Assembly (NCBI GenBank): GCA_030615855.1
Contig: JAUWYL010000006.1
Coordinates: forward strand, 1-54,532
Source: a bacterium
GTDB taxonomy: Bacteria > UBP18 > UBA7526
Direction: 5' to 3'
Length of the DNA stretch: 54,532 nt
Both the position numbers and the translations under genes were made by a program. This document shows positions 45,228 through 54,532 of this stretch, piece after piece; the first letter of the stretch is position 1; the number at the start of each line of letters is the position of its first letter. The notes under the pieces were generated by a model. The model was not told where the DNA came from and made no database searches. It saw nothing but the letters and a program-made list of their open reading frames with translations.

Positions 45228-46313
45228 CTAAGTTATTTCTTTTAAGACTTCTTTTATTGCTTCTGGCGGAACATCATCCCTTATCTCTACTTTGCCTATC
45301 TCGGTCGCTAAGATAAACCTTATCCTCCCCTCTTTTACCTTCTTATCTCTACTTAAAGCCTTTATAATCTTTAGGGGATCAACATCCTTTACTTTCGTGG
45401 GAAGCCCTGCTCTTTCCAAGAGTTCTATCTGGCGCCTTTCCCCTTCTTTATTCAGAATTCCCATCCGATGGGCAATCTTGGCTGCGGCCACCATCCCAAT
45501 AGAGACCGCCTCCCCATGGCGATAGATTTTATATTTTGTTAATACCTCTAAGGCATGACCAATGGTATGGCCATAATTTATCATAGACCTTATCCCCTTC
45601 TCCTCCCTCTCGTCAAGGGAGACTAACTCCGCCTTAATCCTAGAGCAGGTGGTAACTACTCTCGTCAAGACATTCAGATCGAATGCCTTTATTCTATCTA
45701 TCTTCTCTTCCAGATAACCAAAGAATTCCCTATCCTTAATTATCCCATACTTAATGACCTCTGCTAAAGCAGCGATAAGTTCTCTATGGGCCAAGGTCTT
45801 TAATACCGCAAGATCGGTATAGACCAGTTTCGGCTGATAGAAGGAGCCGATGAGGTTCTTCCCCAGAGGATGATTCACTGCCACCTTCCCTCCGATAGAG
45901 GCGTCCACTTGGGCAAGTAGGGAGGTGGGAACCTGGATGAAGGGGATCCCTCTCATATAGGTAGAGGCAACGAAGCCTGCTAAGTCTCCGATTACTCCTC
46001 CCCCTAAGGCGAGGATGAAGGAATACCTATCCCTCTTATGCTCTAAGAGTTCATCGTATAATTTAGAGGCCCATTCTAAAGACTTATACTCCTCACCATC
46101 AGGAACCCGAGCAATGGCCACTTCGAAGCCTTCCTTCGCTAAACTATCTTTTACCGTATCCTGATAGAGATCTCCCACAAGAGGATTGGTAATGATAGTT
46201 GCCTTCTTTCCCATGTCATATTTTGATAAGATTTTTCCAATGTCCTTCAGATTCCTGCTATCAACCAAGATCTTATAACTTCTCTCACCAAGATCTACTC
46301 TTATCTCCTCCAT
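45228..46313 (-). CDS. aroB: 3-dehydroquinate synthase
   Basis: DGEEYKS, GGGVIGDLAGF, PTSLLAQVDASIGGK, NYGHTIGHA, HGEAV. Confidence 0.96.
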   Translation of the reverse strand: MEEIRVDLGERSYKILVDSRNLKDIGKILSKYDMGKKATIITNPLVGDLYQDTVKDSLAKEGFEVAIARVPDGEEYKSLEWASKLYDELLEHKRDRYSFILALGGGVIGDLAGFVASTYMRGIPFIQVPTSLLAQVDASIGGKVAVNHPLGKNLIGSFYQPKLVYTDLAVLKTLAHRELIAALAEVIKYGIIKDREFFGYLEEKIDRIKAFDLNVLTRVVTTCSRIKAELVSLDEREEKGIRSMINYGHTIGHALEVLTKYKIYRHGEAVSIGMVAAAKIAHRMGILNKEGERRQIELLERAGLPTKVKDVDPLKIIKALSRDKKVKEGRIRFILATEIGKVEIRDDVPPEAIKEVLKEIT

Positions 46314-46351
46314 TTTCTCCTCACTCTGTTTGGACACAGATTATCATGTTT

Positions 46352-46504
46352 CAGTTAATAACAGTTAATAGCGGTTAATATTAGTTAATATCAGTTGCAG
46401 TTTTTCATGCAACCGATTTTAACCGCCCCTCGTTTTCACTCGGGACTAGGCGATCCTGAATGAAATGAAGGACCGTTGATAACAGTTGTTAACCGATATT
46501 AACC
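46352..46504. repeat. CAGTTAAT repeat array with an embedded ~57-bp dispersed element (46423-46480, matching 50117-50173)
   Basis: ccgcccctcgttttcactcgggactaggcgatcctgaatgaaatgaaggaccgttgat. Confidence 0.75.
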
Positions 46505-46514
46505 TCTTTCTGCA

Positions 46515-47048
46515 TTATCTGTTTACATCTGCTATAATCTGTCTGAGTCTTAGGTACTTTAAGATTTTTTCTACCACTTCCTTCACAGTTAAATGTGAAG
46601 TATCGATGATATAGTCGGCACTCTTCTCATAGAATGGTTTTCTATAATCTAATAGTTTTTTGATTCTCTTTTCTCTATTTACATTCTCTAAGAGAGGACG
46701 ATAGGTTTCCTTCTCTGTCCTTTCCCTGATTACCTCTGGAGAAGCCCAGAGGCAGATAATGACTCCATTTCTTTTTAAATTAGAAATATTTTCTCGATCC
46801 AGGACTACTCCCCCACCTGTGGAGATGACCTGATCCTTCCCCTGGGCAACCTTCTTTACCACCTCTTTCTCAAGTTTCCTAAAATACTTCTCTCCGAACT
46901 TCTTGAAGATCTGGGTAATGGTAATTCCTTCTTCCTTCTCGATAATATCATCAGTATTTGCAAACTCAAGATTTAGTTCTTGAGCCAGCCTTTTCCCAAT
47001 AGCGTTCTTTCCTGCTCCCATAAAACCAGTCAGAACAACATTCTTCAT
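46515..47048 (-). CDS. aroK: Shikimate kinase
   Basis: [28 protein letters not shown]. Confidence 0.93.
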   Translation of the reverse strand: MKNVVLTGFMGAGKNAIGKRLAQELNLEFANTDDIIEKEEGITITQIFKKFGEKYFRKLEKEVVKKVAQGKDQVISTGGGVVLDRENISNLKRNGVIICLWASPEVIRERTEKETYRPLLENVNREKRIKKLLDYRKPFYEKSADYIIDTSHLTVKEVVEKILKYLRLRQIIADVNR

Positions 47049-48199
47049 CTTTGTTTAAGGTACTTTAGGTAACCTGCGTAGTTTCTTTTCATCTCAGAAA
47101 GGCTATCTCCCCCAAACTTCTCCAGCATGGTATTAGCTAACTCAAAAGATGCCACTGACTCTCCAATAACTGCTGCTGCTGGAACTACACAGACATCCGA
47201 TCTTTCAACAGTTGCCTTAACTTTTCTCTTGGTAATTAGATCTACTGAGGAGAGAGGTTTCTGGAGGGTGGAGAGGGGCTTCATGGCTACTTTTATTCTT
47301 AAGGGTTCTCCATTGGTCACCCCTCCTTCTAATCCTCCAGCATTATTCGTCCTGCGATAGAAGCCTTTTCTCTTCTCATAGAATATCTCATCCTGGACCT
47401 CTGAGCCGAGAAGTTCACTCGCCCTAAATCCTAGTCCGATCTCGACTCCTTTAGCTGCCGGGATACTCATTAAGGCCTGAGCCAATCTACCATCCAACCT
47501 CCGATCAGGATGGACATAACTTCCCAAGCCTATAGGCAGACCAGTGGCAATGATTTCAAAGACCCCTCCTAAGGTATCCCCCTTTCTCCTTGCTCTATCG
47601 ATCTCTTCTGCCATGAGTCTATCTGCTTCTCTATCTGGGCAAGAGACTTTAGAATCATCTGCCTTTCTTTTAATCTCGCCAATCTTTAGACCTTCCACTT
47701 TCGCCTTTACGCGACCGATCTGGATAACCTGACTAATGATTGAGATTCCAAATTCAGAGAGAAGGATCTTGGTTATAGCACCTATCGCTACCCTATCTGC
47801 TGTCTCCCGGGCAGAAGCCCTCTCCAGAACATTCCTTATATCATACTGATCATACTTCAGGACTCCTACCAGGTCTGCATGGCCCGGTCGTGGCCTGGTC
47901 ACCTTTCCTTCTTTGCTTGGTCTGACGGGATCCATAACCGATTCCCAGTTTTTCCAGTCTCGATTAGGGATGGAAAGAGCAATGGGGCTTCCCAGGGTTT
48001 CTCCTCCCCTCATTCCGGATAGTATTTGAACCCTATCCTTTTCGATCTCCATCCTCTTCCCTCTTCCATAGCCTGCCTGTCTTCTCTTAAGTTCTTTATC
48101 GATTTTAGTTGGATTTACTCTTAAGCCAGAAAGCATACCTTCTAGAATAGCAACTAAAGTCTTCCCATGCGATTCACCAGCGGTCAAATATCTCAGCAT
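47045..48199 (-). CDS. aroC: Chorismate synthase
   Basis: [47 protein letters not shown]. Confidence 0.97.
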   Translation of the reverse strand: MLRYLTAGESHGKTLVAILEGMLSGLRVNPTKIDKELKRRQAGYGRGKRMEIEKDRVQILSGMRGGETLGSPIALSIPNRDWKNWESVMDPVRPSKEGKVTRPRPGHADLVGVLKYDQYDIRNVLERASARETADRVAIGAITKILLSEFGISIISQVIQIGRVKAKVEGLKIGEIKRKADDSKVSCPDREADRLMAEEIDRARRKGDTLGGVFEIIATGLPIGLGSYVHPDRRLDGRLAQALMSIPAAKGVEIGLGFRASELLGSEVQDEIFYEKRKGFYRRTNNAGGLEGGVTNGEPLRIKVAMKPLSTLQKPLSSVDLITKRKVKATVERSDVCVVPAAAVIGESVASFELANTMLEKFGGDSLSEMKRNYAGYLKYLKQR

Positions 48200-48212
48200 C
48201 TCTTTCCTCCTA

Positions 48213-49031
48213 TTAGAATACTTTCAGGTACCAATCCAGTATTATTCGCCCCTTAAGAATGGTCACCAGGGTAGCCAGGGCGAGATAGGGCCCAAAGGGA
48301 ATGAATTCCTTCCTCTTCTTCCAGGCGGCCTTGAAGCTCTTAGTGGTAAATAATTTCAAAAGCATGAGAATAATGCCTACCACAGCGCCCACAAAGAAGG
48401 CCAACAATAGTGTCAACAAGGTAGGTTGCCAGCCCAAGAAGGCACCAATCATGGCCCCCAACTTTATATCTCCTCCTCCCATCCCTCCTTTGCTCAAGAT
48501 AGCGATGGCCCACAGGATTCCCCCTCCTGCCAATATTCCTAAGAGAGCGTCGATAAGGGAATTAAGTTTCGGGATATGAGAGAAGAGCAAAGGAGCCTGG
48601 TGCTGGACTATGAGGCTTGCTAAGAGGCCAACTACTATGCCGGGATAGGTGATCCTGTCCGGGATTAACTTATGCTCAAAGTCTATGAAAGTAATGGCAA
48701 CCAATGCCGAAGCCAAGAGGAGATAGATGAATAAATTTCCTGGATGAGAATAATAGTTGAAGTAGAAAAGGGCGAAGATAGCCCCGGTTAAAAGTTCAAC
48801 TATGAAGTAGCGTGGCGATATCCTTTTCCCGCAGTCTCTGCATCTTCCTTTGAGGAGAAGATAACTTGTCAGGGGGATATTGTCATATCCCCTAATAGGG
48901 GCCTGGCAGTGAGGGCAAAAGGAGCGAGGGATGACGATCGATTTATTCCGAGGAAGGCGCCAGATGCAGACGTTCAAGAAGCTCCCCACACAACTGCCAA
49001 AGATAAAGGCGACAATTGTTCTGACTATCAA
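48213..49031 (-). CDS. pilD: Prepilin peptidase (A24)
   Basis: [40 protein letters not shown]. Confidence 0.93.
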   Translation of the reverse strand: MIVRTIVAFIFGSCVGSFLNVCIWRLPRNKSIVIPRSFCPHCQAPIRGYDNIPLTSYLLLKGRCRDCGKRISPRYFIVELLTGAIFALFYFNYYSHPGNLFIYLLLASALVAITFIDFEHKLIPDRITYPGIVVGLLASLIVQHQAPLLFSHIPKLNSLIDALLGILAGGGILWAIAILSKGGMGGGDIKLGAMIGAFLGWQPTLLTLLLAFFVGAVVGIILMLLKLFTTKSFKAAWKKRKEFIPFGPYLALATLVTILKGRIILDWYLKVF

Positions 49032-49049
49032 TTATGCCTCCTCGCTTAA

Positions 49050-49126
49050 GCTGATAAGTTGATTAGTTGATTAGTTGACAAGTTAGTAAGTTGATAAGTT
49101 TCTTGTTAACTTGTGTTCTTGTTAGT
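49050..49126. repeat. Inverted 8-nt repeat array (same family as 2627-2700)
   Basis: gctgataagttgattagttgattagttgacaagtt...cttgttaacttgtgttcttgttagtt. Confidence 0.75.
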
Positions 49127-49975
49127 TTTGAGTTCTTCCTCTAAGGCCCTTGCCATGACTTCAATCGGCGCTTCCCTGCTCGTCCAGATGGTGAAGGCCA
49201 GAGCCCCCTGATAGAGAAGCATCCCCATCCCGTTTAAGGTCTTTGCCCCTATCTCCTCTGCCTCGCTTAAGAGTCTGGTCTTTGGGGGATTATAGATTAG
49301 ATCATAAACCAAAAGATTTGGATGGAGAAGTTTGGGATCGATGGGTGGGGGATCATCTGGCTTTATTCCAACTGGAGTGGCATTGATCAGGATATCTGCC
49401 TCTCTAATCTCTTTTTCCAGCCCCTCTTCCCTGAGCGCTGTAACCTCCACATTAGAGATATTCTCTTCGATGTGAGAGGCGAGATCCTGAGCCTTATCAA
49501 AGACGATATCGGAAAGAGCGATCTTCTTCACTCCTTCCTTGGCAAGCTGGATGCTCACCGCTCGACCAGCACCTCCAGCACCGATGATCACTACCCTCTT
49601 GCCTTTGGGATCGGTCCCTGTCCCCTTTTTCAAGGAAATAACGAATCCCTCCCCATCTGTATTATATCCTATTAGTCTATTATCTCTAACCAAGATGGTG
49701 TTTACCGCCCCGGTGAGTTCCGCCTCCTCAGTTACCTCATCCAGATATTCGAGAACCTTCTCCTTGTAAGGCAGGGTGACATTCACCCCCACTATGCCGA
49801 GGGCGGGTAGAGCCTTCAGGGCCCCTTTTAGATTATTCTCTTCAACAGGGAAGGGAAGATAGATATAATTAAAATCCAGGTATTCGAAAGCCTTATTATG
49901 CATTGCGGGAGAAAGGGTATGTCCTATGGGATAACCAATGAGGCCCACTATCTTTGTCTCTCCATCGATCTTCAC
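49106..49975 (-). CDS. aroE: Shikimate dehydrogenase
   Basis: HTLSPAMHN, NVTLPYK, GAVNT, NTDGEG, GAGGAG, INATPVG, DLIYNP; GTG at 49975 after AGGAGG. Confidence 0.95.
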   Translation of the reverse strand: MKIDGETKIVGLIGYPIGHTLSPAMHNKAFEYLDFNYIYLPFPVEENNLKGALKALPALGIVGVNVTLPYKEKVLEYLDEVTEEAELTGAVNTILVRDNRLIGYNTDGEGFVISLKKGTGTDPKGKRVVIIGAGGAGRAVSIQLAKEGVKKIALSDIVFDKAQDLASHIEENISNVEVTALREEGLEKEIREADILINATPVGIKPDDPPPIDPKLLHPNLLVYDLIYNPPKTRLLSEAEEIGAKTLNGMGMLLYQGALAFTIWTSREAPIEVMARALEEELKTNKNTS

Positions 49976-50116
49976 CCCGCACCTCCTATCATATTTTATC
50001 ACACTTATTTTTTGAAAATTTAAAAACAGAAGAAGTAAGAGCTAAATTGGTTTTACTAGGTGTAACACAGTATCTTATTGAATCATAAGGGAGGTGTGGG
50101 GTTCATTCTCTACCTC

Positions 50117-50173
50117 CCGCCCCTCTTTTCACTCGGGACTGGGCGATCCTGAATGAAATGAAGGGCCGCTGAT
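50117..50173. repeat. ~57-bp dispersed element overlapping the pmbA 3' end
   Basis: ccgcccctcttttcactcgggactgggcgatcctgaatgaaatgaagggccgctgat. Confidence 0.8.
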
Positions 50174-51466
50174 CATCATCCCAGAGATATAGATGGAGGG
50201 TGAACCAATATTGCCCACGAAGCGCAGGTCACTGCCCACCTCTTCTATTGATTTTAGAAGTTCCATAAGGTTGCCGCTCATGGTCACCCCGCAGACAGGG
50301 TAAGAAACCTTTCCTTTTTCAATCCACTGGCCATTTACTCCAATGGAGAAGTCACCAGAGATGGGATCTGCGGTATGCATCCCCAAGGTCTCAGTAACAT
50401 AGAGGCCTCTCCCCATCCCTTTGATTAACTCTTCTTTAGACCTCCTGCCAGCTGAGATGAATAGGTTAGTAGCTCCAATCCCGGGCAAGGACTTGAAGGA
50501 GCCCCTCATCCCGTTTCCCGTAGAACTCTTTTTCTCCTTTGCTGCGGTATAGGTATTATAGAGATAGTCTCTTAATATTCCCTTCTCAATGAGGGTCTTC
50601 CTTGATGTTGGCACCCCCTCATCGTCACAGGGAGCGCTTCCCAAGCCTTCTTTGAAGATGCCGTCATCGATGATATTCAATTCCCGTGTGCCTACTCTCT
50701 TATCCAATTTAGCTCTGAATAGGGATCTCTTTCTCTGGATCGCCTCGGCGCTTAAGGCGTTAGCGATTAATCCTACAAAACTACTTCCCACTAAAGGATC
50801 TAGAAATATCGGTATCTTCTGAGTCTTTATCTTCTTAGCCCCAAGAAGGGAGAGGGCCTTCTGAGCCGCTCTCCTTCCTATCTCCTCTACCTTTAACTTT
50901 TGATAGAATCTCTGGATATCGAACTCAGACCCGCTCTGGGATTCTCTCTTCTCTTGAGCAATGGCCATAAGTGATATGGAGCAAGAGGTTCCAGAATAAG
51001 AGACCTCAAGCCCTTCAGAGTTGAGGATGCTTATCCTATAGGTAGCATCATGATAGGCGGTCTTATAGACCTTTCTAATCCTTCTGTCATATTCTAAGGC
51101 AGCCCGGGAAGCCCTCTTTATCCTCTCAATCTTCTCCTTTAAAGATACTCTGTTTAAGTCCTCATCATAGATATTGACCTTGGGATAGGAGGAAGCTCTC
51201 TGGGGTAAAAGATTATATCTATCTCTGGTGGCATATCTTGCGTTCAGAGAGGCCTCTTCGATTACTCTATCTATTAGTCCAAGATCTGTGGTATAGCTAA
51301 AGCCCAGACCTCCTCTATCTATGACACGCAGACCGAGACCCTCTGTAGAAGCCTGCTCTATACTCTCTATTTTTTCATCACTCAATTCAACAGTAAGGGA
51401 GTGGGCCTGGATTAGATATATCTCTGCTGGCTTAGTAATCTTTTTTACTATCTTATAAATATTCAT
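50129..51466 (-). CDS. pmbA: TldD/PmbA family protein (PmbA-like)
   Basis: GLGLRV, DDEGVP, STGNG, ISGDFS, SGNL, GSPS. Confidence 0.85.
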   Translation of the reverse strand: MNIYKIVKKITKPAEIYLIQAHSLTVELSDEKIESIEQASTEGLGLRVIDRGGLGFSYTTDLGLIDRVIEEASLNARYATRDRYNLLPQRASSYPKVNIYDEDLNRVSLKEKIERIKRASRAALEYDRRIRKVYKTAYHDATYRISILNSEGLEVSYSGTSCSISLMAIAQEKRESQSGSEFDIQRFYQKLKVEEIGRRAAQKALSLLGAKKIKTQKIPIFLDPLVGSSFVGLIANALSAEAIQRKRSLFRAKLDKRVGTRELNIIDDGIFKEGLGSAPCDDEGVPTSRKTLIEKGILRDYLYNTYTAAKEKKSSTGNGMRGSFKSLPGIGATNLFISAGRRSKEELIKGMGRGLYVTETLGMHTADPISGDFSIGVNGQWIEKGKVSYPVCGVTMSGNLMELLKSIEEVGSDLRFVGNIGSPSIYISGMMISGPSFHSGSPSPE

Positions 51467-51469
51467 CTT

Positions 51470-51560
51470 ATTTTATGAGTGAAACGAGTAAAAGAGACAA
51501 CTTGCTTGGCTCATTTTATGAGCGAAGCGAATAAAACAAGGTTCTACGAAGTAGGTTCTT
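51470..51560. repeat. GAGCGAAGCGAA-type palindromic repeats
   Basis: ttttatgagtgaaacgagtaaaa and ttttatgagcgaagcgaataaaa; related sequence at 18183-18215. Confidence 0.6.
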
Positions 51561-51636
51561 ATAAAGAAAGGCTTTGGGGAGGTAAAAAGTCAAAAATAGA
51601 CCTCTTCCTCTTAAAAGAATAAAGGTTTGGCTTTTG

Positions 51637-51861
51637 TTATCTCGGACCCCTTGTGGCCCACCAGGCCCAGAGGAGGACGATAGCCCCAATGAGAAAGAAG
51701 CTTCCTGCTGCTAAACGATGGGTAAATGTCCACTGATCCTCAAATAAAACTCTCTTCATAGCATTGTTGATCTTGACCACTACGTCTGGAACAGTAAAGT
51801 AGAGAAGAGCCAGAATTAAGGTGAGGATCCCTACGATTAAGAAAAATATCATTCTCTTCAC
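51637..51861 (-). CDS. Small hypothetical membrane protein
   Basis: 74-aa ORF with two hydrophobic segments and an AAGGAG RBS. Confidence 0.6.
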   Translation of the reverse strand: MKRMIFFLIVGILTLILALLYFTVPDVVVKINNAMKRVLFEDQWTFTHRLAAGSFFLIGAIVLLWAWWATRGPR

Positions 51862-51897
51862 CTCCTTTAACTCTGTTCATAGTAGCATAAACAGGAT

Positions 51898-52353
51898 TTA
51901 ATTGTCAATGAGAAAGATCATGGCCACTTCATCACAATCGGGAAACTTTGGGCATCTAATGCATTCTCCCCATATCTTGTGGGGCAATTTTTCTTTCTTG
52001 ATTTTTTTAAAACCATTCCTCTTGAAGAATTTTTCTCGATTGGTGAGGGCGAAAACCCTCTTTATCCCCAAATCCTTTGCCTCTGAAAGAGCGCTTTGAA
52101 GGAGCCTGCTTCCTATCCCCCTCTTCCTTACTTTCCTATCGACTGCCAGGGATTTTATCTCTGCCAGATTCTCCCAGCTAATATGGAGGGCACAGCATCC
52201 CAAGAGCTTCCCCTTCTCCTTCCAGACGAAGAAATCCCTCATATTTTCATATAATTCGTTCAGGGAGCGGGGAAGGAGGGCACCTTCTCGAGCATAGTGA
52301 TTGATGAGCCTCTGTATCCCTTCAATGTCAGAAAACCTTGTTTTCCTAATCAT
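51898..52353 (-). CDS. GNAT N-acetyltransferase (short ArgA-like amino-acid acetyltransferase)
   Basis: LLPRSLNELYENMRDF, LAEIKSLAV, LPHKIWGECIRCPKFPDCDE. Confidence 0.88.
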   Translation of the reverse strand: MIRKTRFSDIEGIQRLINHYAREGALLPRSLNELYENMRDFFVWKEKGKLLGCCALHISWENLAEIKSLAVDRKVRKRGIGSRLLQSALSEAKDLGIKRVFALTNREKFFKRNGFKKIKKEKLPHKIWGECIRCPKFPDCDEVAMIFLIDN

Positions 52354-52886
52354 TTAACGAGCTCGCTTCCTTTCTCAAGGGCCTTTTCATTTATCTCTAA
52401 TAGGTTTTTCTTCTTCTCCCCTAAAATTTTGGGAAGAGATTTTATTATACTCTTCAGGGGGATTATTTTGCTCTTCTTTAAGTAAGCACCGAGGGCAATC
52501 ATATTGGCTACTTTGACGTTCCCTAATTTTATAGCCATCTCTGTAGCCGGGACCTCGGCTATCTCCAGATCCTTTCTCTCCACCCCCTTATCAACCAAGG
52601 AGGAATTGAGAATCAAGAGGCCTTTCTCCCTCATCCTTTCCTCAAACTTATCAAGAGAGGGTTGGTTGAGGACGAGGCAGGAGGAAGGATGGGCCACCAC
52701 TGGTGAGCCGATCTCCTCATCTGAGATAATCAGGCTACAGTTCGCCGTACCTCCCCTCATCTCTGCTCCATAGGAGGGGAAGAAAGTGACCTGGAGACCC
52801 TCTAACATGGCCCCCTGGGCAAGCAGGCTTCCAGTAAACATGATCCCCTGGCCTCCAAAGCCAGCGATGACTATCTCCTCTCTCAT
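52350..52886 (-). CDS. 2-oxoacid:ferredoxin oxidoreductase gamma subunit
   Basis: IAGFGGQG, PSYGAEMRGGTANC, ANMIALGA. Confidence 0.93.
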   Translation of the reverse strand: MREEIVIAGFGGQGIMFTGSLLAQGAMLEGLQVTFFPSYGAEMRGGTANCSLIISDEEIGSPVVAHPSSCLVLNQPSLDKFEERMREKGLLILNSSLVDKGVERKDLEIAEVPATEMAIKLGNVKVANMIALGAYLKKSKIIPLKSIIKSLPKILGEKKKNLLEINEKALEKGSELVK

Positions 52887-52973
52887 ATTATCTCCTATAA
52901 GGCGATATGAAGTAAAAAGTTAGAAATAAAAAGTAAAGGTGCTTTTCTTTCGTGAATTTTAATCTTGCATTTT

Positions 52974-53723
52974 TCATTTTACATTTTTACTTGTATCTTT
53001 GATGACCCCCAAGGGGAATTCAGGGAGCATCTTCTCCTCCACCCACCTGAGGGCCTCTTGGGAAGTTACTCCCCAGCCAGTAGGGCACATGGATAGTACC
53101 TCCACTAAAGAGAACCCCCTATTCTCGAGTTGAACCTGGAATGCTTTCTTGATGGCTTTCTTTGCCTTTAATATATTCTTTGGACCGTTGACCGCTACTC
53201 GCTCAACGTAGGCTGTTCCATCAAGCTGGGCCAGGGCCTCGGATATCTTTATGGGATAGCCAGCCGTTTTTGGCTCCCGACCAGAAGGGGTAGTTAAGGT
53301 CTTCTGGCCAGTCAATGTGGTAGGAGCCATCTGCCCTCCCGTCATGCCATAGACGGCATTATTGACAAAGATCACGGTTATATTCTCTCCCCGATTGGCA
53401 GCGTGAACCGTCTCTGCTGTTCCGATGGCTGCTAAGTCCCCATCTCCCTGATAGGTAAAGACTATCCTATCCGGTAGGACTCTCTTTATTCCCGTAGCTA
53501 CTGCCGGAGGTCGGCCATGGGCGGCCTCAGTGGTATCGAATTTCCAGTACTGGTAAGCCAAAACAGCACAGCCTACCGGTGCCACAGCAATTGTTTTCTC
53601 TCTTACCTCCAACTCATCGATTACCTCATAGATTAACCTATGAACGATGCCATGGCCACACCCTGGGCAGTAGATAGTCGGTACATCCTGCATGCTCTCT
53701 GGCCGACCAAATATTCGTTTCAC
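52974..53723 (-). CDS. 2-oxoacid:ferredoxin oxidoreductase beta (TPP-binding) subunit
   Basis: YCPGCGHG, AAHGR, YQGDGDL, NNAVYGMTGGQMAPTT. Confidence 0.93.
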   Translation of the reverse strand: MKRIFGRPESMQDVPTIYCPGCGHGIVHRLIYEVIDELEVREKTIAVAPVGCAVLAYQYWKFDTTEAAHGRPPAVATGIKRVLPDRIVFTYQGDGDLAAIGTAETVHAANRGENITVIFVNNAVYGMTGGQMAPTTLTGQKTLTTPSGREPKTAGYPIKISEALAQLDGTAYVERVAVNGPKNILKAKKAIKKAFQVQLENRGFSLVEVLSMCPTGWGVTSQEALRWVEEKMLPEFPLGVIKDTSKNVK

Positions 53724-53829
53724 CCCGCCCCTCCTTTAGTAGCCAAGCAAATGATGTCTATAAAGAAAAAAGAACTCATCATTTCAAGCCTTTCAATCCC
53801 AAGGTCATTAATTCCATGAGGGGCGGGGT

Positions 53830-54531
53830 TCATCTTAAGACTTTCTTTATCCTTTCGATAATTGCCTTCACTTCTGGCAGGCTACCTGCTGGCCGACCAT
53901 AGAAATGGACCGGACATCTTCCATTCACTGCCAATCTCACATCCTCTACCATCTGTCCCAGATTCATCTCCACAGTAAGATATCCTTTTATCCTCGAGGC
54001 ATTCTTTAAAATGATCTCTTTGGGGAAAGGAAAGAGAGTGATGGGTCTTATGAGCCCCACTTTTAATCCCTCTTTCCTTGCCCGATGCATGGCCTCCTTG
54101 CATATTCTGGCTGGCGTCCCGAAGGCCACCAGGATCACTTGAGCATCTTCTATTCCTATAGCCTCATATCTTATCTCTTTCTCCATCTCTTGATACTTCT
54201 TAAATAGTTTCTCATTATGCTTCTCTAGTACCCCTTCTCCTAAGCGAAGGGACTTTATACTCCTCGGCTCTCTTCCCTGGCATCCATCCAATATCCAATC
54301 TTTCTTTACTGGATCCTGGATCTTAGATCCTAGATCCTGGATTTCCATGGGTTCCATCATCTGGCCCAGAACGCCATCTCCTAAGATAATGACCGGGTTT
54401 CTATACCTATCCGCTAAATCAAAGGCCTCTTTCGCTAGATGAAACATCTCCTGAACAGAATGGGGAGCCAAAACAAGGGTGCGATAGTCCCCATGCCCTC
54501 CCCCTCTTGTTGCCTGGAAGTAGTCTCCCTG
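53830..54531 (-). CDS. 2-oxoacid:ferredoxin oxidoreductase alpha subunit (VorB-like), partial at window edge
   Basis: QGDYFQATRGGGHGDY, DGVLGQMME, RPITLFPFP, VEMNLGQM; frame open to the window end. Confidence 0.9.
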   Translation of the reverse strand, partial: QGDYFQATRGGGHGDYRTLVLAPHSVQEMFHLAKEAFDLADRYRNPVIILGDGVLGQMMEPMEIQDLGSKIQDPVKKDWILDGCQGREPRSIKSLRLGEGVLEKHNEKLFKKYQEMEKEIRYEAIGIEDAQVILVAFGTPARICKEAMHRARKEGLKVGLIRPITLFPFPKEIILKNASRIKGYLTVEMNLGQMVEDVRLAVNGRCPVHFYGRPAGSLPEVKAIIERIKKVLR

Positions 54532-54532
54532 G

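Overview
Chromosomal segment from an apparently uncultured bacterium; the lineage cannot be assigned from the sequence alone. It seems to span the replication terminus: genes run on the + strand from 1 to 16888 and almost all on the - strand afterwards, and a XerCD dif-like 28-bp site sits at the switch (17233-17260). The left arm holds the 3' end of trpS, scpAB, pheA-hisC-aroF-tyrA-aroA, a cmk-plsC fusion, ispH, rpsA, DUF47/PiT, an NTPase, ndk, a class II aldolase, a Na/Ca exchanger, sppA and a nucleotidyltransferase. The right arm holds a small frameshifted HTH gene, DUF2784, a PHP protein, tRNA-Arg and tRNA-Gly genes, apt, a CCA-type enzyme, thiamine genes, an MFS, efp, pepP, a ~16-kb surface-glycan cluster, aroQ/B/K/C/E, pilD, pmbA, a GNAT and 2-oxoacid:ferredoxin oxidoreductase subunits. 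The most striking feature is an intact, CCA-less tRNA-Arg(CCT) bracketed by 11-bp inverted repeats and inserted into the T-loop of a broken resident tRNA-Arg(CCT): a tRNA inside a tRNA of the same anticodon. The window is also dense in small palindromic and 7-8-nt tandem-repeat elements. These occupy most longer intergenic gaps, insert in-frame into proteins, nest inside each other, and in one case bracket a whole gene.
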